59,526 nt of DNA from Clostridiales bacterium (GTDB taxonomy: Bacteria; Bacillota; Clostridia; Christensenellales; UBA1242): assembly GCA_015069335.1 (NCBI GenBank), contig SVIU01000002.1, positions 1 through 59,526 of the forward strand, in the 5' to 3' direction. Under the pieces are notes generated by a model. That model did not search any database. It was not told the origin of the DNA and saw only the letters and a program-made list of their open reading frames with translations. Of the stretch, positions 26,918 to 40,300 are shown in pieces. The stretch's first letter is position 1; each line of letters begins with the position of its first letter. Made by a program: the position numbers and the translations under genes.

Positions 26918-28117
26918 ATGGAGTTGGAAAATGCTTATTATAAAAAAATAATTTACAAAAAAAATGCTTTTGAAGAAGTTAAGACTTACATAAAACTAAA
27001 TTACAACAACAAAAACATTATGCTTGTGTCAACAAAAAGTGTGGAGGCGGAAGATGTAACAAGTCTGCTTAATGCCTTGTTTTGTGGCAGTGAAAATGTC
27101 TATCATTTTGTTTCAAGAAATTCGTTTGTAAAAGCGGAGCTGGATTGCATAAATGACAAGCTATCAAAAGGTGACTTTGACCTGCTGGTTGCGCTGGGAG
27201 GTGGCAAGTGTGCGGATACGGTTAAATTTTTTGCCAATCATTATGGGTTGCCATTCATAGTGTGTCCTACCGTTGCTACGAGTTTGGCATACTTTACTAA
27301 TTTTTGCGTGAATCCATATGATTCAACAAAAAGTTTTTATGCAGACTATCCAAAACGAGTTTTTATTCAAGAACAAATTGTTAGAAAAACCAACCCGAGC
27401 ATAAACATACAAGGACTATGCTTGTTGCATTCTTTAAGAAGTGTGTATGTGGAGGGTATGATAGATGACGAGGATGCTGAAAAATATGTCTTTGTTGGGT
27501 TAGAAAAAGTTTTTAGCAAATTGGATGAGGAGCAAACAAATATCTTGCTTTGTGGTGAGGATTCAAACCTAGTGCTTATGGATTTGTTGATTGATTTTGG
27601 TTTTTTTGTGGGACTGTTAAATAGGGAAAAATATTATTTGATCACAACGTTTTTATTGCTTGAAAAAATGGACCACAATAGCAATTTTGCCGGAAAAAAA
27701 ATGTTGCTATGTGCAAAGTCTATATTGTTGATTTTTAAAAGATTTATTGAAATTAATACGGTAAAAACTTTGGAAAAAGTTGATTTTTGTAATATTGCAG
27801 GGGCGATTGCGAATTGCCAAATATCATCAAAAACAATAAAAAATAACAAATATTTTATCAAAAATACACGAAAAATACACAAAAAATGTAAATTTTTAAA
27901 AAATAGAGAATATTATTATAAAATAATTTCGTTCCAGCTTTTAAAAATTAAAGATTTTATAAAACAATTAAAAAGCATTTATAAAAATGAGTTAAGCTTA
28001 GAGCAAGACTTGAACAATGTGTTTAGAGCTTTGGCAATTTCCCCCTTTTTAAATTGTGATAATCTTGTGGTAGATATGGTTGCTGGCAGTGGTGTGTTAA
28101 ATAGTTTTTTGGTGTAG
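26918..28117 (+). CDS. Iron-containing alcohol / glycerol(-1-phosphate) dehydrogenase family protein, possibly degenerate
   Basis: LVALGGGKCADTVKFFANHYGLPFIVCPTVATS is the GGGKxxD nucleotide-binding signature. The usual TDA metal-ligand segment reads TSLAY. I chose the start at an ATG preceded by GGGGA; the tracked TTG at 26816 is an alternative. Confidence 0.65.
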   Translation: MELENAYYKKIIYKKNAFEEVKTYIKLNYNNKNIMLVSTKSVEAEDVTSLLNALFCGSENVYHFVSRNSFVKAELDCINDKLSKGDFDLLVALGGGKCADTVKFFANHYGLPFIVCPTVATSLAYFTNFCVNPYDSTKSFYADYPKRVFIQEQIVRKTNPSINIQGLCLLHSLRSVYVEGMIDDEDAEKYVFVGLEKVFSKLDEEQTNILLCGEDSNLVLMDLLIDFGFFVGLLNREKYYLITTFLLLEKMDHNSNFAGKKMLLCAKSILLIFKRFIEINTVKTLEKVDFCNIAGAIANCQISSKTIKNNKYFIKNTRKIHKKCKFLKNREYYYKIISFQLLKIKDFIKQLKSIYKNELSLEQDLNNVFRALAISPFLNCDNLVVDMVAGSGVLNSFLV

Positions 28118-28154
28118 CAGTTTAAATTTGTTTTTTCTGTCAATCATTAATCTT

Positions 28155-28595
28155 ATGAAAAGGTTAATGATTTTTTTATTAATAATTGCACTTTTTTGTG
28201 GCTTAAATATGTGTTTTGTTGGCAATTTTACTTTAAAAGGCGTTTTTCCTGAAGCGCAGGTTGAAGTTTATACTGCTTCAAAAACCAATTTAAAAAACAA
28301 AATTGACAATGGTATGGGTGAAATTGTTTTTGATTCCATACAAAACTTAAATGAGTTACATAATCAAATTGACGATATTCAGGGCTTTACAATTAAAATA
28401 AAGGGGCAATGCGTGGAGAGGGTGTTAAAAAAACTAAAAGTGACAAACTGTTTTTCTGAAAACAATAGCATATATGGCAGAAGTCAATATTTTAAGCGAG
28501 GTGTGGTGATGAATTCTTTAGAAGTTAATTTTCAAATTGTGCAAAAGGGGGATTGTGTTTTGGTGGGAAGTCCGATAATTTTGGGAGATTATTAA
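28155..28595 (+). CDS. Hypothetical exported or membrane-anchored protein
   Basis: MKRLMIFLLIIALFCGLNMC is signal-like. An alternative TTG start lies at 28128. Confidence 0.5.
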   Translation: MKRLMIFLLIIALFCGLNMCFVGNFTLKGVFPEAQVEVYTASKTNLKNKIDNGMGEIVFDSIQNLNELHNQIDDIQGFTIKIKGQCVERVLKKLKVTNCFSENNSIYGRSQYFKRGVVMNSLEVNFQIVQKGDCVLVGSPIILGDY

Positions 28596-28647
28596 TTTTC
28601 TGTTTAAAATAAAAACATTTGGTCAATAATTCAAGTCGGAGGTAAAT

Positions 28648-29202
28648 ATGGGAAAATTTTTTAAAAAATATGGAGTGTATATGCTTGCGCTATCGCTAAT
28701 TTTGGCGGTTGGCATAATGGCCGGAACAACTCCGGCAAACGAACAATTGCCTGATGTTAGTGAGCCTGCTGGTAGTACTCCACTTGAAATGGTGTGTCCA
28801 ATGAGTGATGCTGAGGTTTTAAAGTGGTATTCTGACACTGAGCTGTTTTACAATTCAACGCTAAAACAATGGGAAAGCCACAAGGCTGTTGACTTGTGTT
28901 CAAGTGCCAGCAATGATGTTTATTCTGTGCTTGATGGTATTGTTACCAATTGCTCATACAGTTATGAAGATGGCTATTGTATAACAATTACTCACCAAGA
29001 CGGACTTGCAACAACATATTGTTCGCTTGCGAAAACTGATGCGATTAAACAAGGCGATATCGTTTCTAGAGGTCAGAAAATTGGCGAAGCGTCAAACACT
29101 TCTTCTAATGAGGGGCTAGAAGGCAATCATTTACATTTTGCTATTAGCCTAAATGGCAAAAGTGTAGATCCGTCAAACTATATAACTTTTGAAAACAAAT
29201 AA
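28648..29202 (+). CDS. Membrane-anchored M23 (LytM-type) metallopeptidase
   Basis: HKAVD (HxxxD) and GNHLHFAISLNGKSVDP (HxH). GGAGGT RBS. Confidence 0.9.
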   Translation: MGKFFKKYGVYMLALSLILAVGIMAGTTPANEQLPDVSEPAGSTPLEMVCPMSDAEVLKWYSDTELFYNSTLKQWESHKAVDLCSSASNDVYSVLDGIVTNCSYSYEDGYCITITHQDGLATTYCSLAKTDAIKQGDIVSRGQKIGEASNTSSNEGLEGNHLHFAISLNGKSVDPSNYITFENK

Positions 29203-29296
29203 TAAAGTGCTTTTAAGCGTCAATGCAAAAATTTTGCTTTACTTTTGTCTTAAATAATGATAAACTTTAATATGTATTTATTATGGAGGAAGATTT

Positions 29297-29527
29297 ATGA
29301 CAATAGATAAAGTAAAAAAACTAATATCTAATCAACTAAATGTGGCAGAAGCAAAAATTACAGAAAATTCTAGGCTTATTGAAGATTTGGGTGCAGACTC
29401 GCTAGATACTGTAGAAATGCTTATGGCTTTTGAAGAAGAATTTGGTATTAGTATTCCAGATGAAGAGGCTATGAATATGAAAACCGTAAAAGATATTGTT
29501 ACTTTAATAGATTCAAAAAATAAATAA
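29297..29527 (+). CDS. acpP: Acyl carrier protein
   Basis: LGADSLDTVEMLMAFEEEFGI phosphopantetheine-attachment motif. TGGAGGAA RBS. Confidence 0.95.
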   Translation: MTIDKVKKLISNQLNVAEAKITENSRLIEDLGADSLDTVEMLMAFEEEFGISIPDEEAMNMKTVKDIVTLIDSKNK

Positions 29528-29548
29528 ATTAAAATAATAAAAAAACAA

Positions 29549-29596
29549 AAAATAAGGCAAAAAATTGAAAAATTATCAAATTTTGCCTTATTTTTT
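29549..29596 (+). terminator. Intrinsic terminator after acpP
   Basis: 14-bp stem AAAATAAGGCAAAA/TTTTGCCTTATTTT followed by a T-run. Confidence 0.75.
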
Positions 29597-29742
29597 ATGT
29601 TTTTTTGTGAATTTATTTGAATTTTTATCAAAATAAAAAAATTAAAAATTTAATTTTTGATCCCTTTTAAATTCAAAAGGCTTGAATTTTTTATTGGTTT
29701 TCGATTTTAATTTAAATTATTATTAAAAACGCATAGATAAAA

Positions 29743-29771
29743 TTGACATTTTTTGTAATTATATATATAAT
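29743..29771 (+). promoter_or_regulatory. Consensus promoter for the giant-lipoprotein operon
   Basis: TTGACA (29743-29748), 17-bp spacer, TATAAT (29766-29771). Confidence 0.7.
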
Positions 29772-29845
29772 ATAATTAAATTTATTACTATTTTGTTGCT
29801 GATAATTTTTAAACAATTTGATCAACATAAATGAGGAGCATATTT

Positions 29846-31240
29846 ATGAAAAAGTTTTCCGTTATTTTGATGGCAATTTTGATTACCGTTTTTGGGGCGT
29901 TTTTTTCAGCTTGTGAAAAAAAAGAATCTAATGCTAAAATAGAGCTAGACAAGTCTAGTGTTTCTATCTATTTGGGGGAAACAGAAAACAATACTGTTGT
30001 AGTTAGGGCAACTACAATTGATTTTTCTACTGAAATGTTGGTTGTTAAATACGACAATACCAACATTGATATTACGCCACGCAAAACATCCGATAACACT
30101 TTTGATTTGATTGTGTCAAGCAAAGTTACTATTGGTACAAATCCAATTATAGTTGAGGTTTCGGCAAAGGGCGCTGAGGCAAACTTTTCTGTAGAGTTGG
30201 TTGTTCCGGTTGAACAAATTGTTGCAGAACAAAACTTGTATGTACCATATGATAATCAATCAACAATGATCAACTTGTATGATCATTTAACCTTTTATCC
30301 AACGGGAACAAAACAAACTGGTGTAACTTTTAGCCTTGCGGAAGAAAGCTCCAATTTTGAAATTAAGGGCAATTATTTAGAAATCAAGGCTGGCTTGCTT
30401 TCGGAAGGTTCTGGACTTGATTTTGGTGAAGAGGTCAGCGTGGTTGTGGACTCCGTTAGCTCCGAAGAGGGTAAGTCAGATGTTGCAACAGAAATGGTTA
30501 TAAAAATCGTTCCAAACATTAAATGGCTTGCCAAGGAGATTGATGTAAAAGTTGAAACTGACAGCGCAAGTTTTAGCAATTTTGAAAACAAAACATATGA
30601 GTTGAATGTAGCAAAAAGCCCATTAGATGGTTCGTATGATTTGGGTACTTTCAAAACACAAATTTTAATTCCAGCAGAATTGGGTATTGATGTGGATGTT
30701 GATAAAAACTTCTCAATTATGGGTGGACAACCAATTCAAAACATTTCCAACATCTTGCAATATGATAGAGAATATACTCAAGAATCGTTAATAAATGGCG
30801 GAGCAACTAGGTTATATGACAAATATGTTTTTATCTTCAGGGTTGATACCTTAAGACAGGGTGTGGGTTGTTTGTCTTTTAAATACACCTACAAAAATTA
30901 TAATGAGAGTGGGTTGGAAACCTCATATGCTTTTTATGACAATACTACCAGTGCAATAGTGTCAAGCATAAATGTTAGTGTTTCTATGCCAATTACCGAA
31001 ATTGATTTTTCAACAACCTGCAATCAAACATCAGTTGGGGCTTCTGTTCAATATCACATTTATCAAAATTATAGTAATGATGTTTTGGGCGGAAAATTTA
31101 TTTTCTCTGCTTTGCCATACGGAACAATTCAAAATAATTTATGTATAAAAATTTTAAAAGGCGGCTATTTGCGCATATTTGACAAAACCGGCAGAGAAAT
31201 TACTGAATACAGCAATCAGGATGCTGTTTATATTACATAA
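29846..31240 (+). CDS. Lipoprotein with Ig-like domains; probably the N-terminal portion of the downstream giant ORF, separated from it by a frameshift
   Basis: GAGGAG RBS (29833-29838). MKKFSVILMAILITVFGAFFSAC contains a lipobox. Ig-like (Big_2-like) segments follow. The 3' end overlaps by 34 nt the open frame of the next ORF. Confidence 0.8.
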   Translation: MKKFSVILMAILITVFGAFFSACEKKESNAKIELDKSSVSIYLGETENNTVVVRATTIDFSTEMLVVKYDNTNIDITPRKTSDNTFDLIVSSKVTIGTNPIIVEVSAKGAEANFSVELVVPVEQIVAEQNLYVPYDNQSTMINLYDHLTFYPTGTKQTGVTFSLAEESSNFEIKGNYLEIKAGLLSEGSGLDFGEEVSVVVDSVSSEEGKSDVATEMVIKIVPNIKWLAKEIDVKVETDSASFSNFENKTYELNVAKSPLDGSYDLGTFKTQILIPAELGIDVDVDKNFSIMGGQPIQNISNILQYDREYTQESLINGGATRLYDKYVFIFRVDTLRQGVGCLSFKYTYKNYNESGLETSYAFYDNTTSAIVSSINVSVSMPITEIDFSTTCNQTSVGASVQYHIYQNYSNDVLGGKFIFSALPYGTIQNNLCIKILKGGYLRIFDKTGREITEYSNQDAVYIT

Positions 31241-31365
31241 ATTTTGAATCCGGTGACACGTTCTATTTTGCTTGCAAGAATGGTTTTGACATTGGTGACA
31301 CTGAAACTTTTTATGTTTCAAGCCTTGACAATTCTCAAATAAGCAATAAAGAAATCACTGTAAAA

Positions 31366-34300
31366 ATGTTGGAGGGAAATTCTGCTTTAGCTTTTGAGCA
31401 GGATGATCCAGCAACTGACAATACAATCGAAGTGGCAGCACAATTGGAAGTAAACATTGTAAAAGGCGAAAGCAAAGAAGTGTTAATATACGCTCCAGCT
31501 GCACTTGTTGAAGATTTTAATGTTTCTGTTACTCCAAAAGAGTTTAATGGCAATAATGATGACTTTTTTGCGTATAGAGTATACGGCAATGAAGTTGGCA
31601 CAAAAGAATATATTATTAGCACCAAAAATGGATACTCTATTAAATTAACCGCTCATACAATTCAAGAAACAACCGAGGCTCAGATAGATCTGGCATCTGG
31701 AGTTCAGTATACTGCGGGAATAGGGGAATATAAATATTCGTCAAGTGGTGATATAATCAATTTATCTTTGCAATTGGGCTATAGCGTTGGATTGAATGTT
31801 ATATTAAATGAAAATGCAAATTTACACGCGTTAACATATTCTTTTTACGAACCAAATGACGCTGCTTATCTAGGCGTTTATGACAAGGACAACCTTGATG
31901 GATTAAAAGATGTCGAGAGTGGCAATTATGATATTGGTGCTGTTACATATTCAAGCTTGAGCACAATTTTAAATACGCAAAACCTTAAAAAAGAAAATCT
32001 TATAACTGGTTTAAAAGAGGGCGTGCTTATCTTATGTGTCCAAATTTATGGACAAACAGTTTTGGCTGATGGAACAATTGGGGCTGATGAGCCTATAATA
32101 AAATATATTTTTATTGAAATATACAATCCTGTAAAAACATTAAGCATAGAAGCGACACATGTAGAGTTAAGAGCCAAAGAAGACTTAATCGACAGTGAGG
32201 CTTCAAAAGAATTATACACTGTTGAATTGGATGCAAAAGCGTTATCAAATGGTGGAGCTGATGCAACTTATGGAAAGATATATATAAACGGTGGTAAAAT
32301 TAACAACAACACCGGGTTATGTACAGTAGAAGTTGGTCAATCTTTTAAAGTTGTTTATGATTATAATACAAACAAAATTACAATAACAGCACAAAAATAC
32401 CTTGCTCCATACAATATTACGTTATTTGCTGGCGATTTTGTTTATTTTACAGATACAATAAATATGGCAAATTTAAAAAAGGAATTTATCAGTGTTCGAC
32501 TTACTATTAGCATGGCCCAAACTGTACAAATGGAAAAAATAAGGGTAAGCAATTTGGATGAGGTTGAGGATAATAACACCAAAGTTGACACTTACGAAAC
32601 ACTTTTCTTAGACACTTTAAAATCCGACATTTTAACTTATAAAATTTTTACAGAAGTTTTGCCAGCGGCAACTTTTAATAAGGATTTAGAATTTGATTAT
32701 GTTTCAACATCAACCAATGCTCAAGCTATTGTCACTATTGATAACTCTGGTTTGATTACTGTTGTTGGCAAAAATGGCGGAACGGGTTATATAACTATAA
32801 AACCAAAATTTTCAACTCAACCAGTAAATATGGTTAAAATACCAGTTGTTATATCAGACGGCAAAACAAGAGAAACGGCATATAAAATCTCGAGTTTGGA
32901 TGATATTGTAGATTCAACAAAACACTATGTGTTAACAGTTCCAACAACCTATGTATTAGACGACAAAACACTTTTTGAGGGCAAAACATTCACTGGTGGC
33001 TTGTACGGTTGTGAAACTTCAGGCGGAGCAAGGGCAACAATAATATTAAAAGGCAAGTCTTTATTTGATAAACTTGGTGCAAATGCTTACGTTGAAGATT
33101 TATATATTTGTGGCGATGTAACAGGTGCTGGCTTTGTGGCAACAGAAAACGCTGGAACTATCAAAAATGTAGAAGTTTCAACATATATTAAAAATGGTGT
33201 TTATGTGCCAAGCTTGTTGATAGCCATAAATAAAGATGGCATCACTTCAGTTGGTGGCATTGTTGGAGTAAACGCAGGAATAATAGAAAATTGTACCTTT
33301 GCTGGTTCTATTTTGATTGAGGACACTAATGCAAATGTGTCAAAATTAGGAGCAATAGCGGGCGAAGGCTCAGCAACCAATTGCGTATTTGTTCAAGCAA
33401 AATTCTTAAGAGTTGCAGAAACAATTGATAGGCTTGTTGCTGACGGCGAAAATTATATAAATGGGTTTATATATACAGGATCAAAATTAGAGAATAAAGA
33501 AGGCATTGCGGAAGCAATATATTCTGCCTACCCATTTGATGGCAATGTAAACATCAAAACGGATGCTGACAAAAAATACAGTTTAAGTATTGATGAAGAC
33601 AAAAAACACGGTATAGTATTCTATTACAAAGCAGAAAATCCACAAAACCAAACAAAAATAGACGACTATAACAAGATTAAAATAACCGATTTATTAAATG
33701 CCACAACATTTGAAGAAGAAGATTTAAGAGTTTTGGCTGTCAACAAGGACGGCACGATTTGCAATTTTATAGAAGTATTAAATGATTCTATTAATATAAA
33801 AGGCGTGGGCGAATTTAAGTTGATTATATCTTCAAAATTCGACTATACAACCAGCTATGAAATCAATATGCTTTCTATGTATTACTTTGATAAATTGACT
33901 TTGCAACAATATGGGCAGGAAATATCTGCTGGCACAACAATATCAATTGTAGATGGTAAAAATTCAATTATTCAATCAACTGAAGGCAACACAACTGAAG
34001 GCATCACGCTTGTTTCAAATAATTTTGAAGTTTTATTTACTTTGGAAAATGGCGGTGTTGCTGTTGACAACAATTTTATAAGCAATAACAGAGTTGGTGT
34101 TCATACAATTTCAATCAATAACAACTGGGATGATTCATGGACGGCAGGACTTACTGTTTCGACTAAAATAAAAACCCCATTTGCTACAAGTTTTAATAAA
34201 ATATTAAACGAGCATAAATTGGGCGAAAATCCAGCTTCTTTCAAAATTATAAAAAGAAACGGAACAACACAAATTACCCCATCAATAACATCTGGCGAAA

Positions 34301-37300
34301 TTGAACCTCAAGATTACTTTAGTTTTGATGTTGTGCTTACTTCGGATGTAGAAGAAGATCAAATTGTTGCTTCAAACATAAAAATATACAATTCAAAAAA
34401 TTATTTAATGAACGATGACGATGTTTTTGACATTTATGTTCAAACAATAGAGGCGGGCAAACAATACAAAATTTATGTTGGCTTGTATGACAGTCAAAAA
34501 GCAAACACTGCATATGTTAACCAAACATACAGAATAGTTGTTCAGGCTTCAAATGGCGGAACTGTTTATGAATGTTTGACAAATGTAAATATGACAATTG
34601 TGCCACAAACCTTAGCAAGCATAAACACAACACTATATAGAGCAACAAGAGTAGTGAATGGTGTGTTGGTGGACAATACAAAACAGGAACCAACTTCAGT
34701 ATTGTTGCCAAGTGATTTTGGTATTTTTGAAATTGACCTTTTCCCATCTTTTGCAACATATGATTATGTAGAAATTGTTGCAACTTCAAACACTATGGCA
34801 ACATTGTCGTTTAGGTTGCAAGAATCAACAAGTGAAACAATTTTCAATGATACAACAACAAGTGGCTCATATGATTCATTAATCAACAAAAACGGTATAA
34901 AAATTTACAACAATGCAAGTTCAAGCACAGACCAAAATGTTGGTAGATATTTTGTTAAGTTGTTTGCAAATTCAACCTATGATCAAGACACGATATTTAC
35001 CATAACCACTACTGCATATTTTGCAAACGAAGCTTTGGGAGCAAAAGCTGTGTTTACATTGTATGTAAGAATGCCAGAAGTGCCACAAGTTAGCATCGAT
35101 GGCAAAACAAAGCACTACACTACACCAACAGAAACTGTAGAAGCAAATGTGTTTGTTTCAAATGATCAAACAAATTTGTCAATTACTCTAGAGGCAAATG
35201 ATCAAAAATCACTAAGCAATGTTGAATGTTTCTACGAAGAAGTTGACAGTACGCAAACTAATTATAAACAATATAAAGTAACTGTAAAATTTGGTGAAGG
35301 ATATGCATTAGATTCTTCAAACAGTTCGTCATTTAAAATTATGGTTGAAAGCCAAAAAATCATAACTGGTCAAGTAGTAACAGTGAAAGGCTATGTTGAT
35401 GTTTATGTTGTGGACTTTATTTTAAATGAAGACAGTGTTGTAATATATGATGCGCCAGCAAACATTTTCAGCATTACATCTTTAAAACGACGAGAACTAA
35501 AATTGCAAATTAATCCAGAAAAAATTCAAGGGTTGGAAGATGCAATCAGTTTGTTTGCAAGTCAATATTATTATGTAAATGATTATTCAAACTTTAATGT
35601 TTGGTCAAGCGAACAAAACCAATACAACTTGCAAAATGATGCGGAGGCTTATGCTCCACAAATAATTTTGGCTCAATCATTGTCTTATGTAAACGGCAAT
35701 TACACATTACCAATCTTAAAAACGGACGGAACCTTTGGCGATTATAATGTTGCAGACTATCAAGAGTTTAGCAAATATGTAATTTTTGAATATGAAGATG
35801 GCAAGTTGTATGTGAAAGGTGGGGATTACGTTGGCGATGTCCAAATGTTGTTAGAAATTAAATACCAAATGCCTGATTTTAGAATATTCACTTACGAATA
35901 TAGATTTACATTAAGCAATAAAATTTTCTACACAGAAGATATGCCAAAAGAAATTGCAACAAATGAAGATTTCCTTGCTTTAAAAGAAGAAACAACGGCA
36001 GAAGATTACATTTTAACAAATGACATCAATCTTTATGAATACACTGCTTTTGAAAATACAGATATGATAAAATCTCTTGACGGTAACAACTACACAATCA
36101 ATATTCACTCATATCAAAAAATCGAAGACGGTGCTGCTAATTATGCGTTGTTCAACAAAATTTCAAGCCTTACAACAATAAAAAATGTAACCATAAATTT
36201 ATACTACTTAACAACTATAGATATTGGTGAAAATGTAACAAGTACAAATGTTGCAGGACTTGCTATAAATAATTCGGGCATTGTGTATAACACCGAGGTT
36301 ATTACTTACAAGTCAATAAATTCACAAAGCGCGACATCTAATACTTATGGCTTAAAAGTCAACCAAGACATTGACGCAACGGTTGCAGGTTTTGTTGTTG
36401 ACAACCAAGGCTCAATCACCAATAGCCGTGTCGGTGGTGACCAAAAGCTCATTACAAAACTTAGTTACAAAACAGTAACAAGAACAATACAAATTGGCGA
36501 AACAACTGAAAATGTAGAATTGGTAGAATTAGACAAAGTTGATCAATATTATCAAGATTTGACAATGTTTTCTATATTGGCAAGCGGAACAATTTCTGCA
36601 TTCTGTCAAACAAACAGCGGAACAATATCAAGTAGTTTTGCGAAAAATATTGAAATTGTAAACAATTACAACCGTGAAGAAACAAAAGCAACCGCCGGAT
36701 TTGTAAACACAAACAACGGCAAAATTACAATGAGCTATGTTCAAGGCGCTTATGGCTCAAGCAGCAATGTTAGGGCTGAATATGGCGGAATTGTTTCTTC
36801 GGGAATTTCTGCAGGCTTTGTATATGAAAATAATAGAATAATTACAGATAGTTATAGTAATATAAAACTTACAAATACAAAACAACAAACAAGTCGTATT
36901 GGTGCAGGTTTTGTTTATCACAATGCCGAAACTGCAAAAATTGAAAGATGCTTCTCTTATTCAATTATTGTTACAAACAATGTTACTCAAAGCAACTTTG
37001 CTGGCATTAAAGATTTTGGCGGCTATAATAATGAGGGAACAATAAACCATAGTTATTATTATGCTGGGGTAGAAGACTCAGGCACTTCAATTGAAACGTC
37101 TTTAAATACAGGCATAAACAAAATAACAAACCCAACAAACAAAGACGAATATTATGGCTTTAGCTTTGAGGGTTTAAAAAATTTTGGAACATGGCAAATG
37201 TCTTTAACTCGTGGCGCTATCTTGGTGAGTGCCGAGGATATAACACATTCAGTAAGAGCAAAATATGAGCAAATTCAAGGTGCCGAAAAAGTTACAATAT

Positions 37301-40300
37301 TTGACTACTGCGAAGGTTTTGAATTGGGTTCAAAATATAATCCAATAATAATTAGAGATGCTCAAGAATTTAATGCAGTGTTTACATCTTCTACAAGTTT
37401 GGCTATTTCTGACAATATATTAAAAGAAAAGCAAACAATAATCGGTGCATATAGGTTAACAAATGATATAGATTTATTAGAACTTGTGCCAGAAGATGTA
37501 GAAGAGGGTGAGGCTACATTAAACCTTCAAACAACACAAATGACATTATCAGGTGTTGAAGCAAACACAACTGGCAGAAATGGTTCTTTAGAAGGTAATG
37601 GTTTAACCATTAAAAACTTGGCAATTACTAGCAGTTTAATCAATAGTGAAAATTTTGGTATGTTTAAAACCTTAGAGTCTGGTGCAAAAATAAGCAACTT
37701 AACAATTGAAGTTGCCGAGGGTGGCGTAGTTTCTAAACAAACAATTTGTGTAGGAACAATAGCTGGTAGCATAATAGATTCTACCGCATACAATATTGCA
37801 ATAAAGGGCGTATCAACTCAAAACGGATCGTCAAACATTATAGGACAAAACATTGTTGGCGGTGCTTTTGGTAGAGTTGTGGGTGAATCTTACGTTGCAA
37901 ACATAAGCATAGAAAGTTTGTCAGTTATAGCATCCTATACTGCAAAAAATGAATTAAGTTCTAGCGAAGCTCAATACAAAAACAACAACAATTATATAAG
38001 AAATTTACAAAAACAAGAAGAAGGCTCTACGCATTATGTAGATTCTGCTTTAACATACAAAAATCGTTCATTGGCGGGTGGTGTTGCAGGTGTTGTAGAT
38101 ATTTACACCCAAGAAATGATCAACGCAGATGATTACTACGCAGAAACCGGCGATACAATTTTGGACATTAGCGTACAATCGTTGTCAATTTTGGGCAACT
38201 TTAGTGTTGCTGCTATGACTGCCGGCGGATTAATCGGTTATGTTGGCGAATATGTAAACGCAAAAGATTTATTAGTAACATTGCAAAGACAATACAATAC
38301 TCAAAAGATTATTGCTTACAATTGTTATGCGGGTGGCATTGCAGGTTATTCAAAAGGCTATTTATCACAAGCAAGAATCGAGCACGAATCAGCTTGGCAA
38401 AAAGAAATCGAAAGCAACATAAGAGCTTATTACACCGGTTCGGAAGCAGATCGCGATCAAATGGATGCGGCTGGTTTAAGAGGTTTAAATACACTTTTTG
38501 AATCAGAATATGATCCTTTAGCAATTGGCGGTATAATTGGTTTTGCATGTGCGGGAAAACTAAGCATTGCATACTCAAAAGTAAATGTTTTAAATCAAAG
38601 GGCAAAATATTTAGGCGGTGTGTTTGGTTTTGTTGCAAGTGCAACAGAAGATAAAAGACTTTATGTCAACGAGGTTTACACCATTTCAGATGTTTATGGC
38701 GAATCAGCAACAAAAATTGGCGGATTTATTGGTCTAAAACAAACAGCAAGCTGCACGATATCAAAAGCAAATGCGCTTAACTATTGGGGTTATGATGCAT
38801 ATGAAAAATTTAGCGTAGTGGATCAAACTGTTATTTATGCGTTTGCACATTCACCAGCAGTTCCAGCAGGAACACCAGCTGATGTGGTAGACGTAAAAGT
38901 TGAATATATTGATGAAATTGAATTTGATGGCGGCAAAAAAGATGTTGGCGGAGAGTCGGGCATAAATTATGCACAATATAAAGGTGTACAAGATGACAAT
39001 GGCGCACTTATGGACACCAATTTTAGAGAAAATGGATGGTATGAAAACAATAACTGGAGTCGAGATATCAACGAGGAATATCCACACATTTTGTTTACAA
39101 ACCCAAATATGGATAGAACAATCAAATCTATAGCAGACTTCCATAAGTTTATAGAAGATGGACACAACCCAAATGTAACTTTCTATGTTATTGATATGGT
39201 GGATTGCAATGGTTGGAATCTAACACTAAATGCCATGAGAGCTCAAATTATAGGAACAAAATCAGAATACGGTTTCAAAAATTTAAGTGTTCCTTTGTTC
39301 ACAAGCGTTCATAATAAAATTTCAAATATGACGTTTGATAACTGTTCTGCTCCAATTGCACAAACGGCAATCTTGGCAACTTTTGAAAATTTAATTTACA
39401 AAGATTGTTCTCATAGCACTGGCAAGGATGGCAATCTTGGTGTGGTGGTTCACAAGGTAGAACACCAAGCAGTATTTAATGGAATTAGCTTTACAAAAAC
39501 AGAAAGAAATTCTTTGACAGCTAGCAATGTTAATGCCGGATATTTATTTGGCTATTCTAGTGGCTCTGTTTCAATAAATGATATCAGGTTCGACGAAGCG
39601 ACAATGTCGGCAGAAATAACCCAATATGGAGAAAAAAGCATTGGCTTGTTATACGGTCAATCAACGGGTTCTGCGACAATAGCCAATGTCGATGTGGACA
39701 ACTCTGGATTAAGTGGAGTTTCCATATCTAACGACGAGGCAAATGTTAATGTGGGCTACTTGGTGGGCTCGTCTGCAACATTAGACATTGTTTATGATAC
39801 GATATCAATTACAGATCCAATATATACATTTGATGATGAGCCTCTTGAGGCAAATCAACTGACTGTTGGTGGAATTGTGGGCAGTGTTTCAGCTAAGCTT
39901 ACAATTTCAATTGGCGACACAACAGCAACAACCTCATCACAATTTATAGCCACAGTAGAAGATTTTAATATTGATGCAAGCGCGTCAAAAACCCTTATTG
40001 CTGGTGGCGTGGTTGGTTGGGTAAAAGAGATTAGTGTGGCAAACACCAACATTATTGTTGGTTATGCTGAAGAGCAAGAAGATAAAACACACTATGCAGA
40101 TTACACTTATACACTAGCAGAAAAAAACAACTACATTGGTGGCGTTGCTGGTCAAGCAGAAAAAATAACAACAAGAGATGAAAAAATTATTGCTTTCTAT
40201 GGCGATATAATAATTGTTGGTGGCAACGCCGAATCAATGAATATTGGTGGTATTGTTGGTTATCTTCCAAATAAGTCAGAAATATCAAATGTATATTACG

